This document shows positions 47,205 through 56,091 of a stretch of 64,000 nucleotides of DNA, one piece after another. The translations under genes and the position numbers were made by a program. Each line of letters begins with the position of its first letter. Positions within the stretch are counted from its first letter, which is position 1. Source of the DNA: Candidatus Omnitrophota bacterium (GTDB taxonomy: Bacteria > Omnitrophota > Gorgyraeia > Gygaellales > Profunditerraquicolaceae); assembly GCA_022710715.1 (NCBI GenBank), contig JAKLGJ010000001.1:490041-554040 (forward strand), in the 5' to 3' direction. The notes beneath the pieces are model-generated. The model saw nothing but the letters and a program-made list of their open reading frames with translations, had not been told where the DNA came from and made no database searches.

Positions 47205-48141
47205 TTATGGAGATCTCCTTGAGTGTTACTTTGCCTTCCACGAGATATTTGTCCGCATAGAACCTGTTCACTGTGTTGATATCTTTGCACCATTGCACCG
47301 TCATCGTATGCGGGCCCGGCGGGACAGTATCCATTCCGAAACTGACGCTGATAAACGGCTGGGTTAAGATCGGGGTGCGGCTGACCGGCCCTACGGGAAC
47401 GCCGTCAAGCAGAAAACGGGTCCAGATCGTAGCATGCGGCAGCGCCTGTTCGATGGTGGTTTTACTCGCTTTGACCACAAGATTGACCATGATCAGTAAA
47501 TCCTTGGGGACTTTAAAATCAAACGTCAGCGCAGCCGGAGGAATTATTTCATAATCGCCGTTTCCGGGGACTGTACTGTCAGGCAGATTGAGCTGGGTGC
47601 GGGTCGCCTGAGAGAGCGCGAATTCGTTTATCCAGGCCCCCGCAGGCACTGCCGGGGTCGATGCGTCATCGGGGTCATATTCTTTATTGACCGATTCGGT
47701 ATGGATATAGGGATACGGCATGGTGTTTTTCAGGCGGATTTCTTTCCGCGCACCGCCAGGATCGGCATAAGAAACATTAAGGGTCAGGTTTTTATAGGGG
47801 ATTTCAACCGGGGTGGTGGGATTTTTCAAGGTGCCCGGGGTGACGTCCATGGTCCAGCTGAAAACCAGCGCGTCGCTATAGTCCGGTTCATTGAACTGCC
47901 ATTGTCCCTGATACGTCCCCGGTTCCAGGGCCGCATCGTAATAGGACCTGGCCATGTATTGTTTCATCTTGAGGGCTGCAAAGCTGACGGCGCGGGATTT
48001 ATACTCTGCCTGTTTGAGGTTGGTAAACCCCCCCACCAGCGCGGATACGACAAAAACTGCCACCAGGGAGAAGATCACCACTACGACGATGATCTCCAGA
48101 AAGGTCATAGCTTTTGTACGGGATGAAAGGCGCATGCTCAT
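47158..48141 (-). CDS. pseudopilin-like protein with prepilin-type N-terminus (Ala at -1), 327 aa
   Basis: RTKA|MTFLEIIVVVVIFSLVAVFVV leader-like segment with Glu+5; large C-terminal domain. Confidence 0.55.
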   Translation of the reverse strand: MSMRLSSRTKAMTFLEIIVVVVIFSLVAVFVVSALVGGFTNLKQAEYKSRAVSFAALKMKQYMARSYYDAALEPGTYQGQWQFNEPDYSDALVFSWTMDVTPGTLKNPTTPVEIPYKNLTLNVSYADPGGARKEIRLKNTMPYPYIHTESVNKEYDPDDASTPAVPAGAWINEFALSQATRTQLNLPDSTVPGNGDYEIIPPAALTFDFKVPKDLLIMVNLVVKASKTTIEQALPHATIWTRFLLDGVPVGPVSRTPILTQPFISVSFGMDTVPPGPHTMTVQWCKDINTVNRFYADKYLVEGKVTLKEISINAVAYESKTARDYKP

Positions 48142-49502
48142 TGCCTGTTGCGCAGGATGATAAGTTCCGCCCAGCTTAATTCCATATGCATATTCTGGTA
48201 GTCTGACGGCGGGATAAAGTAATAGACGACAACGGTGTATTTTCTGCTGCTTTTAAGTTTATCTTTCGGCACGCTGGTCAATCCGTTGATGGAGAAGCTC
48301 GAACGCATCGAGCGGGCATGGAACGGGCTTTGATGAATAAGCGTCCTGCTCGTATCAGAGTCCGGGTCTCCTTCGAAGACTTTAATCATCGAATAAAAGA
48401 GGATATCCTTGAGCGGGTCGATCTCGTTGCGCAGAGGGCATTCGGCCTGCAATTGCCAGATGATCGATACTTTTTCGTTGCTCTTGGCTACGAAAGAGTA
48501 CGTCAGTGCGGTCTCATCGATAGGTTCAAAACAGTGTTTGGCGGTATCCGCATTGGTAATGAACTCATTATATTGCCTGATAGTTTCCTGGCATCCGGGA
48601 AGCGTGAAATTGCGGCACTGTGTGTTATTGATACGGGTTTCGCAACTGAGGCATACCTGTATGCCCATGCCGTTGCACAGGTCTCTGCGGCAGCAATCCA
48701 CTCCTCTGCGGCATTCTTCCCATTGTGTGGTGTAGTCGTGGCACGCCTGGACGTACTGACGGAAGTTCGCAGTCGGGGAATATTTAAAACATAAAGGTGG
48801 TTGGCAGTATTCCACGTCAGGGTCGATCGGCTCAGTCGGTTTAGCCGGCGGCGGATCTTTGGGATCGGGCGGCGGCGGCGGTGGATCCAGCTTATCGATG
48901 TCGTAATACGGTTCGACAGGACAGCTGCCTACGGTTGCGCAATTGATGTGGCAGAAGGGTTGCGGTTCGTAATCGTCTTCCGGGCAATACCAGAACCCGT
49001 CACGGCTTTCGCACGAGCCGTTGGGTGCCGGAGGGTTAGCCGGGCAACCGCGCTGCTGGCAGTGCGGTATACCTTCAGCGCAGGGATTGGTGATCGCTGC
49101 CGGACAGGTGACGGCCGGGCAGTCGTTGACGTTGAACGGCACATCCGCGCAGTCATATATGCTGTTTTCGAACTTTGTGCAACGCCGGTACATCGAACCG
49201 TCGGGATAGAAAACCAGGCAGCAATCAGGGCAGGACCGCCACAGCTGCATGCAGTAATTACAGTTCTGCATATCGATCAGGAACTGGTTTTTGCAGGCGG
49301 TCGATTCGTAGAGCTTTAACGGCGGGGAAAAATTCTTTCGCACGGTTTGCATCGAATGATCGCGGGGGATATATTTGATGGTGGTTTCTGATTTTTTTTC
49401 TGCCAGCGCATCATGAGCGCCTGCCAGGCATGCGCAAAAGAAAACAACCGCCATCGTGAGTCTCCGACCTGCGATAGCGGCTGTAGGTTTTCTCATCAAC
49501 AT
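48138..49502 (-). CDS. secreted cysteine-rich protein with poly-proline linker (candidate tip adhesin)
   Basis: Signal peptide; ~50 Cys in first ~300 residues (CNYCMQLWRSCPDCC, CPAVTCPAAITNPCAEGIPHCQQRGCP); DPPPPPPDPKDPPPAKPTEP linker; 4-nt overlap with downstream pseudopilin. Confidence 0.55.
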   Translation of the reverse strand: MLMRKPTAAIAGRRLTMAVVFFCACLAGAHDALAEKKSETTIKYIPRDHSMQTVRKNFSPPLKLYESTACKNQFLIDMQNCNYCMQLWRSCPDCCLVFYPDGSMYRRCTKFENSIYDCADVPFNVNDCPAVTCPAAITNPCAEGIPHCQQRGCPANPPAPNGSCESRDGFWYCPEDDYEPQPFCHINCATVGSCPVEPYYDIDKLDPPPPPPDPKDPPPAKPTEPIDPDVEYCQPPLCFKYSPTANFRQYVQACHDYTTQWEECRRGVDCCRRDLCNGMGIQVCLSCETRINNTQCRNFTLPGCQETIRQYNEFITNADTAKHCFEPIDETALTYSFVAKSNEKVSIIWQLQAECPLRNEIDPLKDILFYSMIKVFEGDPDSDTSRTLIHQSPFHARSMRSSFSINGLTSVPKDKLKSSRKYTVVVYYFIPPSDYQNMHMELSWAELIILRNRQ

Positions 49503-49716
49503 GAACCCTCGGTGTGCGTTACGAGTATCTTCAATAAAGTACGCTGGTGGACTGCTGTTGATGAAAAAATTCTATCATAACCTTTCTCTTTTGCAAGCAA
49601 TTAATTGAAAGTAAGCGTGTTATTTGTTGATCTTTATGTCCGAAGTCAGGCTGGTGTTGCGGAAATCCTGCTCTACCAGCCCCTGCACGTGCGATATGGC
49701 GAAGGTGCAACAATTT

Positions 49717-52700
49717 TCAGTTAATGATGATCGCGTTGGTGAACGCGGTCTGCTTGCCCTGTTTGTCGAACCCGAAGAAGCGTATGCGCAGTCTCTTGGC
49801 GATGAACTCGGAATTAAAGGTCATGGACAGGTAGGTGCCGTCCGCGGAGATCATCAGCGGGTCCAGGTCCCAGAACTCTGTTTTATCGTCATAGGTCACT
49901 TCCGCCCAGAAATCGTTGAGTTGTCCGGGATACAGGTGTCCCCCGCCCACAAAGTCGATCTTTACGTAGCCGGTAGAGTCCAGAGTCGCGGTGGCCGGGA
50001 TCACGGGCATGGTCACCAGGGCCGGCGGGTTGTTCACGGTGATGGCGATGAGGTTGGACATGCCGGTTTGCACATTGCTGGTGTCGAACGCGTAGAAACG
50101 CATCTGCACTGTTTTATTGTGGAATTCCGGTCCGAATTCCATGGAGATCGACCTGCCGTCCGCCGCAAGCATTCCCGGATTGAGGTCCCAGTAATAGGTT
50201 TGATTATCGTAGGTCACCTGCGCCCAGAGGTCGCTGATCTGGCTGGCCAGGAGCGTGCCGTTGGAGAACGCGATCGATATCTTGCCGTTGACGTCCGTAG
50301 TCCCAGCGGAGGGTATCTGCGGGATGGCCAGGACGGTGGTCAGCGAGTGCACGGTGATGGCGATGGGATTGGAGAACCCGGTCTGCACGTTGTTCGCGTC
50401 GAAGGCGTAGAATTCCATGGTCACTGTTTTTCCGTTGAAATCGGGGGTGAACTCCATGGTCAGGGAATGCCCGTCTTCGGCGATCATCCCCGGATCGAGG
50501 TCCCAGTAAAGCGTCCGGCCGTCATAGGTCACCCGCGCCCAGAGATCCCGGATCTGTCCGGCGTCGAGCGTTCCGCTGGAAAACGGGATGACGATCTTTC
50601 CCTGATTGTCGGTGGTCCCGGTGGACGGGATGACCGGCATGGTTACACTCTGGGGGTTGGAATGTACGGTGATGGCGATGGGATTGGTGAATCCGGTCTG
50701 GACGTTGTTGGTGTCGAAGGCGTAAAACTGCATGGTCACGGTCTTGCCGTCGAATTCAGGCGTGAATTCCATGGTTACCGATTTTCCGTCCGCGGCGAGC
50801 ATTCCCGGGTTAAGATCCCAGTAACGCGTCTGGCCGTCGTAGGTCACCTGCGCCCAGAGGTCGCTGATCTGGCTGGCCAGGAGCGTGCCGTTGGAGAACG
50901 GGATGACGATCTTTCCCTGGTTGTCGGTAGTTCCGGTAGACGGGATCACCGGCATACTGATATTCTGCGGGTTGGAATGCACGGTGATGGTGATGGCATT
51001 GGAGAATCCGGTCTGCACGTTGTTGGTGTCGAAGGCGTAGAATTTCATGGATACGGTTTTGCCGTCAAATTCCGAGCCGAATGCCACGGTCACGGACTTT
51101 CCGTCCGCGGCGAGCATCTCCGGATTGAGGTCCCAGTAATGCGGTTCGCCGTCGTAGGTCACTTCTGCCCAGAGGTCGTTGATCTGGCTGGCCAGGAGCG
51201 TGCCTTCATTGAACGGGATGACGATCGTGCCTTGAGTGTCGGTAGTCCCGGTGGCGGGAATGACCGGCATGGTCAGGCCCGTAGAGCTTGAATGCACGGT
51301 GATGGCAATGGGATTGGAGAATCCGGTCTGCACGTTGCTCTTGTCGAACGCGTAGAATTCCATGGAGACGGTTTTACCGTCGAACTCGGAGCCGAATTCC
51401 ATGGTCAGGGATTTACCGTCCGCGGCGAGCATCGCCGGGTCGAGATCCCAGTAGTAGGTTTTACCGTCGTAGGTCACCTGGGCCCAGAGATCGTTGATCT
51501 GACTGGCTAAGAGCGTGCCGCTGGTAAATGAAACGACGATCTTGCCGGTCGGATCGGTGTTGCCGGTTGCCTGTACGGTCGGCATGGTCACTATCGAAGT
51601 CGACGGCGTCACTTTGAAGGTGAGCTGGTTGCCTACGGTGGTTTGCGCGCCGGTGGAAGCGGAATAACCGTACAATTGCATGGTTATCTGCTTGTTGTTG
51701 AATGCGCTGTCAAAGACCATGGAAAAGGTTCTTCCGTCCGAGGAAATCATCGATGCGTCCAGGTCCCAGTACTCGGTTTTGCCGTCATAGGAAACGATGG
51801 CCCAGAGGTCGGATAACTGCGACGGCAGCATCGGGCTGCTGAAGGTCGCGGTGATCTTGCCGTTGAGGTCGGTTTCCGCCGGAACGGTAGCCGAAGGCAT
51901 GGTCAGGCTGCCGGATGATGAAACGGTGAACGTCACCGGGTTGCTGTAATTGGTCTGCGCGCCGTCGCCGGCAGCGTAGCCGTACAGTTCCATGGTCACC
52001 TGCTTGCCGTTGAATTTGGGGTCGAATTTCATGCTGAACGTTTTTCCATCCGGCGCGATCATCCCGGGAGCGAGCTTCCAGTACTCGGTTTTGCCGTCAT
52101 AGGAGATCTTGGCCCAGAGCGCGTTCAATTGTTCGGGCAGTATCGTTTGAGAAAAAGTGACGGTGATCCGGCCGGCTTCGTTGGTTTGCGCCGGGGCCGT
52201 GCTTGCGGGCATGGTTACGGTGGAGGGTACATTGATTTTGAAGGTGACGTTATTGCTGAAATTGGTCTGCTCGTTCGTCCCCGCGCTGAAGCCGTAGAGC
52301 GCCATCTGGAACGTCGTGCCGTTGAATGAGGGATTGAACTGCATGGAAAATGATTTTCCGTCCGCGGCGATCATCGCCGGGTCGAGCTTCCAGTATTCGG
52401 TTTTGCCGTTATAGGTGACCCGCGCCCACAGCTGGCTTAGATCCGCGGGTAACAACGTGCCCTGGAATGTCAGTACGATCGTGCCGTTGGTGGTGGTAGT
52501 GTCGGGCGCGCTGACTGCCGGGATCGCGGCGTCGGCCGCTGCGGCAGCCGCCAACTCCTGGTTTTTCGTATCTACGGCGTTCTGATTGGCTGCTTCCAGT
52601 TCCGGGCTGTAAACGCCCATTTCTTTCTGGTCCTCCTGCTCCTGCGGCGTCGGGGCTGATTGGGCGAATACCGGTCCGGCGCTAAGGAATAGAGAGATGG

Positions 52701-52737
52701 AAACGCAGGTGAGAATGTGCATGGATAGTTTTTTCAT
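49717..52737 (-). CDS. large secreted tandem-repeat protein (candidate adhesin; ~9 x ~105-aa repeats)
   Basis: Signal peptide MKKLSMHILTCVSISLFLSAGPVFA; repeats with conserved DLWAxVTYDGKTxYWDLxPxMLAADGKSxTMEFxxEFDGKTVxMxFYAFD; middle repeats near-identical. Confidence 0.7.
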   Translation of the reverse strand: MKKLSMHILTCVSISLFLSAGPVFAQSAPTPQEQEDQKEMGVYSPELEAANQNAVDTKNQELAAAAAADAAIPAVSAPDTTTTNGTIVLTFQGTLLPADLSQLWARVTYNGKTEYWKLDPAMIAADGKSFSMQFNPSFNGTTFQMALYGFSAGTNEQTNFSNNVTFKINVPSTVTMPASTAPAQTNEAGRITVTFSQTILPEQLNALWAKISYDGKTEYWKLAPGMIAPDGKTFSMKFDPKFNGKQVTMELYGYAAGDGAQTNYSNPVTFTVSSSGSLTMPSATVPAETDLNGKITATFSSPMLPSQLSDLWAIVSYDGKTEYWDLDASMISSDGRTFSMVFDSAFNNKQITMQLYGYSASTGAQTTVGNQLTFKVTPSTSIVTMPTVQATGNTDPTGKIVVSFTSGTLLASQINDLWAQVTYDGKTYYWDLDPAMLAADGKSLTMEFGSEFDGKTVSMEFYAFDKSNVQTGFSNPIAITVHSSSTGLTMPVIPATGTTDTQGTIVIPFNEGTLLASQINDLWAEVTYDGEPHYWDLNPEMLAADGKSVTVAFGSEFDGKTVSMKFYAFDTNNVQTGFSNAITITVHSNPQNISMPVIPSTGTTDNQGKIVIPFSNGTLLASQISDLWAQVTYDGQTRYWDLNPGMLAADGKSVTMEFTPEFDGKTVTMQFYAFDTNNVQTGFTNPIAITVHSNPQSVTMPVIPSTGTTDNQGKIVIPFSSGTLDAGQIRDLWARVTYDGRTLYWDLDPGMIAEDGHSLTMEFTPDFNGKTVTMEFYAFDANNVQTGFSNPIAITVHSLTTVLAIPQIPSAGTTDVNGKISIAFSNGTLLASQISDLWAQVTYDNQTYYWDLNPGMLAADGRSISMEFGPEFHNKTVQMRFYAFDTSNVQTGMSNLIAITVNNPPALVTMPVIPATATLDSTGYVKIDFVGGGHLYPGQLNDFWAEVTYDDKTEFWDLDPLMISADGTYLSMTFNSEFIAKRLRIRFFGFDKQGKQTAFTNAIIIN
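49950..52600. repeat. tandem coding repeats, period ~315 bp (about 9 copies), inside the 49717-52737 gene
   Basis: Protein repeats of ~105 aa read directly; adjacent middle copies nearly identical. Approximate boundaries. Confidence 0.7.
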
Positions 52738-52774
52738 GGGGCCCCCTTTTTTGACTTGTACACGCGATACTTTA

Positions 52775-52795
52775 CAGGTACTATTATACCACTTT
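52775..52795 (-). promoter_or_regulatory. extended -10 promoter (TGgTATAAT) for the repeat-protein gene
   Basis: Minus-strand GTGGTATAAT ~40 nt upstream of ATG 52737; AAGGGGG RBS before ATG. Confidence 0.45.
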
Positions 52796-52809
52796 TTTAA
52801 ACAAGTGAT

Positions 52810-52851
52810 TAATAAAATAAAAAACCAGAACGACCCTTGGTCATTCTGGTT
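52810..52851 (-). terminator. intrinsic terminator (minus strand) between OM-protein gene and repeat-protein promoter
   Basis: Stem AACCAGAA/TTCTGGTT with 13-nt loop, followed on the minus strand by TTTTATTTTATT. Confidence 0.55.
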
Positions 52852-52974
52852 TAACGGCTGGTAACCTCCTTACCAGTTAATCAAGTATAGCATATTTCAG
52901 GGGCGGATGCCAGCAAGCGCGTCTTCCCGGCGGCATGAGAGCGTATCCGGCGGTTCTGTGCGCTCTCCCCTTGC

Positions 52975-53009
52975 ATAAAACAACAGGGGCGCATCGTACG
53001 ATGCGCCCC
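52975..53009 (-). terminator. GC-rich perfect palindrome GGGGCGCATCGTACGATGCGCCCC directly after the OM-protein gene stop
   Basis: 24-nt perfect palindrome followed on the minus strand by TGTTGTTTTATG. Confidence 0.5.
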
Positions 53010-53021
53010 GAAAAAATCTAT

Positions 53022-53050
53022 CAGGGGTGGTACCTTGGGGAACGTCCCCT
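53022..53050. repeat. third copy of the 27-nt element CAGGGGTGGTACCTTGGGGAACGTCCC (single arm)
   Basis: Identical over 27 nt to the right arm at 44401-44427; 4 nt after stop of the 53054-55867 gene. Confidence 0.85.
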
Positions 53051-53053
53051 CTT

Positions 53054-55867
53054 TTAGAACTTGTTGCGGTAGAACAAGCGGACGATGTGCTGGGTGTCGA
53101 TGACGTCCTGGCTGCCGCCGTACGGATCTTCCGACTGGCTCCAGAAGAGCTGCTTTCCGGAAATGCCGTATTGCAGGATCAGCTTGCTGTTCTCGGTGGG
53201 CAGATAATACAATTCCGCGAAGAAATTGTGATGATCGCGCAGATCGGTGTACCCGTCTTGCAGACGCTGTACGTCTTTCCAGAGAGAATAGACGTATTTG
53301 GTATTCATTCCCCACTTCTTGTTGATCTGGTAGGTGATCTCGATGCCGGCGTGGTTCATGTTGCCGTCAAGCTGGCCGGCGCTCTCGAATTCATTGCGGG
53401 TATAATCCAGATAAATATTGAGTCTGTCCGTAGGATTGAGATCCACTCCCACCCGGAAAATATCGTAGAACGGATACGGCGGTTGCGGGAACAGTTGCTG
53501 GTCATAGACGAAGGGATTTTCGTCGCGGAACCAGGTGCCGTAAGCGTTATAGAGATATGAGGGCTGGGAGGAATTGAAAACCGCGCGCGGGAAATTTTCA
53601 TAGGCCATGGTGTAATCGTTGGTGTGTTCCCAGATGCCGTGCGTGGTCAGCCAGTCGGTCCAGGCGTATTCCAGCCCCACGGATCCGGTTTTGAGATCGA
53701 TATCCTTGCCGTCGTCGATGGGATCGGAAGACCAGTCGTTCAGCGGCCGGCCGCTGACGGAATCATAGAGGAACGGATCGATCCCCCCCTTGCTTTTGGG
53801 CATATCCTGGTAAATACCGAGCAACTTGGAAGTGAGGCGGTCGGTAATATGCCAGGTGACTTCGTCGCGTCCCACGCTCTCGATGTATTTTCCGTTGACG
53901 CTGTGCACGTTGCGCGCGTCAAAAAGGTTTTCCAGCCGGTCGACCCAGTTCGCTTCCAGGCGGAAACCCGCCGCGTCGCGTCCGGCGTCGATGCCGTCGC
54001 CGATAGCGAATGGCGCGATGCTGTCCCAGCTCAATGTGGGCTCGGACAGGCCGCGGTAGGTGTAGGGGAACGGCTTGCGGAAATGCAGATGCCTGGCCCA
54101 GAAAGCGTCGTCGCGGGTCTGGCGATACGAAGCTACTCCCGGTGAAAAGCCTTCGTCCATATGCGCGCCGTAGAAGCGGAATTTCGCCAGGAAATCGTCG
54201 CCTTTTTCCGGTTTGATCTGATTATATCCGTATTCCAGGTCGATGATGCTGTCCATGGGGAATCGCCCGACCAGGGAGAAATAATACGCGTTGCCTCTCT
54301 CTTTTGTTTTGAACTGATTGCTGGTTATGTCGAAGGTGTTTTGCGCATGCGCCACTTCCGCGGAAGCCATCAGGCCGTCCATGAACTCGTATTTTGCGTC
54401 TACGCCGGCAGTATGATTGCGGGCGTCGGTTTCGTCGTTCCGGTCCGGGTTGAATCCCATGCGATAGGTGTAGGTCGCGCCTACGCCGAGATTATCCGTG
54501 ATCTTGGTTTTTGCCCGGGCGGCGGACGTAATATTGTCCACCTCGCTGTATTCCTGCCAGGGATTCTTGGGCGAAGCCACGGTCCAGGCGATGGATGAGG
54601 TATCGGTAGGTTTGAGCGTGGCGGAAAATCCGCGTAACAAAGTCAGCACCGTGGAATCGCTGTCTTGCGCTAAAGAAGCCAGGGAATCATCCCAGTACCC
54701 GCGGGTAAAATCATGGTTCGGGGTGCCGGAATTGTAATTGCCGTGCGTCCATTGCGATACCCAGGGGCTGACCTGCCACCAGTCGCGGTGATTGGACAGG
54801 CCCAGAGGATCGTCCGTGCTTAAGGCCTGGCTTTGATAAGCCAGCGGAAATACCCGCAGGTTGAAATTCTCGGTGGCGTATTCCACCCACAATTCGCGTA
54901 ACGGCATGAAGGTGCGTTCGATTTCCGTTTCCGGGATGGTAAACGTGTTGCCCCAGGTGGACGTGATGGTCGTGGCCCGGACTTTACCGTCATGGACTTC
55001 GAGTTCGGGTATATTGAAAGAATCGCCGTTCTGCGTGGTGTGAACCGTCTGATTGACGATGCGGTTGGTGTTTCCCCAGTACTTTAATTCGATCTCGGCG
55101 GAATCCCCGGTGCTGCCGACCACGGTGAATTTTTTGCTCGTGCCGGTATAGCTCCAGGGGTCAAGGGTGACGTTGGTGTGGAACTTGAAGCCGAACTCGC
55201 TGGTGGAGTCGAGATTGAGGCGCAGCCGGTCGAAAATATACGGATCGTACGTATTAAAACGGTTATCATAAGCGGAATTGCTAAGCATGCGCCAGTTCAG
55301 TTCGCTTAAATTCTTGTTCGCCCGGTTCCAGATAGCTTCGCCGGAAGTTGCAGCGGCTGCCAGTTGCACTTCTCCGCTTAATTTGATCGCGGGTTGGGCT
55401 TGTTCGGTAGCGCGTCCTGCGAACGCTTCTTCTTCCCGGGGTTGATAACCGGCTGCAGGAGCGGCAGCTGCGGCGCCGGCAGTGTATGAAGGTTCGTAGG
55501 CAACTTGCCGGCGGGTCGCAGGAGCGGTGTACGAAGGCTCATAGTCTATTTCCGGGGTAGTTTCATGCGTTGTCGCGCGGGATACGTATTGTTTTTTAGG
55601 GTAAGCCGTACTGCTGGAAGTGGCATGAGTAGAGCTGCAGCGCTGGATGGCAGCGATATACTCCAGGGCGGTCTCATTATGCGGATCGACGATCAGTGCT
55701 TTCTTGAATTCGTGTAACGCCTCCGCGAAATTGCCTTTTTCATAGTATTCAATGGCTATTTCGCAGAGATAATCCGCGCCCAGAGAGCTGGCATAAGCTT
55801 TCTGGCCTAACGCCATTGGCAAGAGAAGAACGGTCAGGACTAGAACTGAAAATCTGCGGATATTCAT
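53054..55867 (-). CDS. large outer-membrane protein: N-terminal TPR region plus C-terminal beta-barrel-like domain (hypothetical)
   Basis: Signal peptide, TPR-like helices (YYEKGNFAEALHEFKKALIVDPHNETALEYIAAIQ), long Y/G/N/D-rich region, C-terminal aromatic end ...LFYRNKF; no secretin motif seen. Confidence 0.5.
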   Translation of the reverse strand: MNIRRFSVLVLTVLLLPMALGQKAYASSLGADYLCEIAIEYYEKGNFAEALHEFKKALIVDPHNETALEYIAAIQRCSSTHATSSSTAYPKKQYVSRATTHETTPEIDYEPSYTAPATRRQVAYEPSYTAGAAAAAPAAGYQPREEEAFAGRATEQAQPAIKLSGEVQLAAAATSGEAIWNRANKNLSELNWRMLSNSAYDNRFNTYDPYIFDRLRLNLDSTSEFGFKFHTNVTLDPWSYTGTSKKFTVVGSTGDSAEIELKYWGNTNRIVNQTVHTTQNGDSFNIPELEVHDGKVRATTITSTWGNTFTIPETEIERTFMPLRELWVEYATENFNLRVFPLAYQSQALSTDDPLGLSNHRDWWQVSPWVSQWTHGNYNSGTPNHDFTRGYWDDSLASLAQDSDSTVLTLLRGFSATLKPTDTSSIAWTVASPKNPWQEYSEVDNITSAARAKTKITDNLGVGATYTYRMGFNPDRNDETDARNHTAGVDAKYEFMDGLMASAEVAHAQNTFDITSNQFKTKERGNAYYFSLVGRFPMDSIIDLEYGYNQIKPEKGDDFLAKFRFYGAHMDEGFSPGVASYRQTRDDAFWARHLHFRKPFPYTYRGLSEPTLSWDSIAPFAIGDGIDAGRDAAGFRLEANWVDRLENLFDARNVHSVNGKYIESVGRDEVTWHITDRLTSKLLGIYQDMPKSKGGIDPFLYDSVSGRPLNDWSSDPIDDGKDIDLKTGSVGLEYAWTDWLTTHGIWEHTNDYTMAYENFPRAVFNSSQPSYLYNAYGTWFRDENPFVYDQQLFPQPPYPFYDIFRVGVDLNPTDRLNIYLDYTRNEFESAGQLDGNMNHAGIEITYQINKKWGMNTKYVYSLWKDVQRLQDGYTDLRDHHNFFAELYYLPTENSKLILQYGISGKQLFWSQSEDPYGGSQDVIDTQHIVRLFYRNKF

Positions 55868-56091
55868 TTGATAAACTCCTTTGCGCAGTAAGCGCCTGGC
55901 GGCGCGCAGTGTCTTTGCTTTTAAAAATCAAAAAACCGGTTGACCCAAGTTTAGTTCGAACCGGTTAAGGTGTTCCGTGGCGTGCCTGAATTTGTCCTCA
56001 TCAGACTAACAACTTACCGAGGTTTATAGTAAAGTATAACCTATGAACTCTCCTTTGTCAATATTGTAACCGGTTGTGAATAAATAACTTA

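Noticed and set aside
49624-51510. 555-aa and 72-aa plus-strand ORFs with HGDGDGIGE-type repeats
   Set aside because: Antisense to the tandem-repeat gene 49717-52737; open frame is a by-product of the 315-bp repeats and codon bias; no start context or signal features
49950-52600. Possible CRISPR array, because of regular tandem repeats
   Set aside because: Repeat unit is ~315 bp, entirely in-frame coding sequence with a signal peptide upstream; no short direct repeats with unique spacers and no cas genes
53054-55867. Secretin (PilQ/GspD) assignment for the 937-aa OM protein near the pseudopilins
   Set aside because: No recognisable secretin C-domain motif or N0/N1 domains; TPR N-terminus and C-terminal aromatic residue fit a generic beta-barrel better
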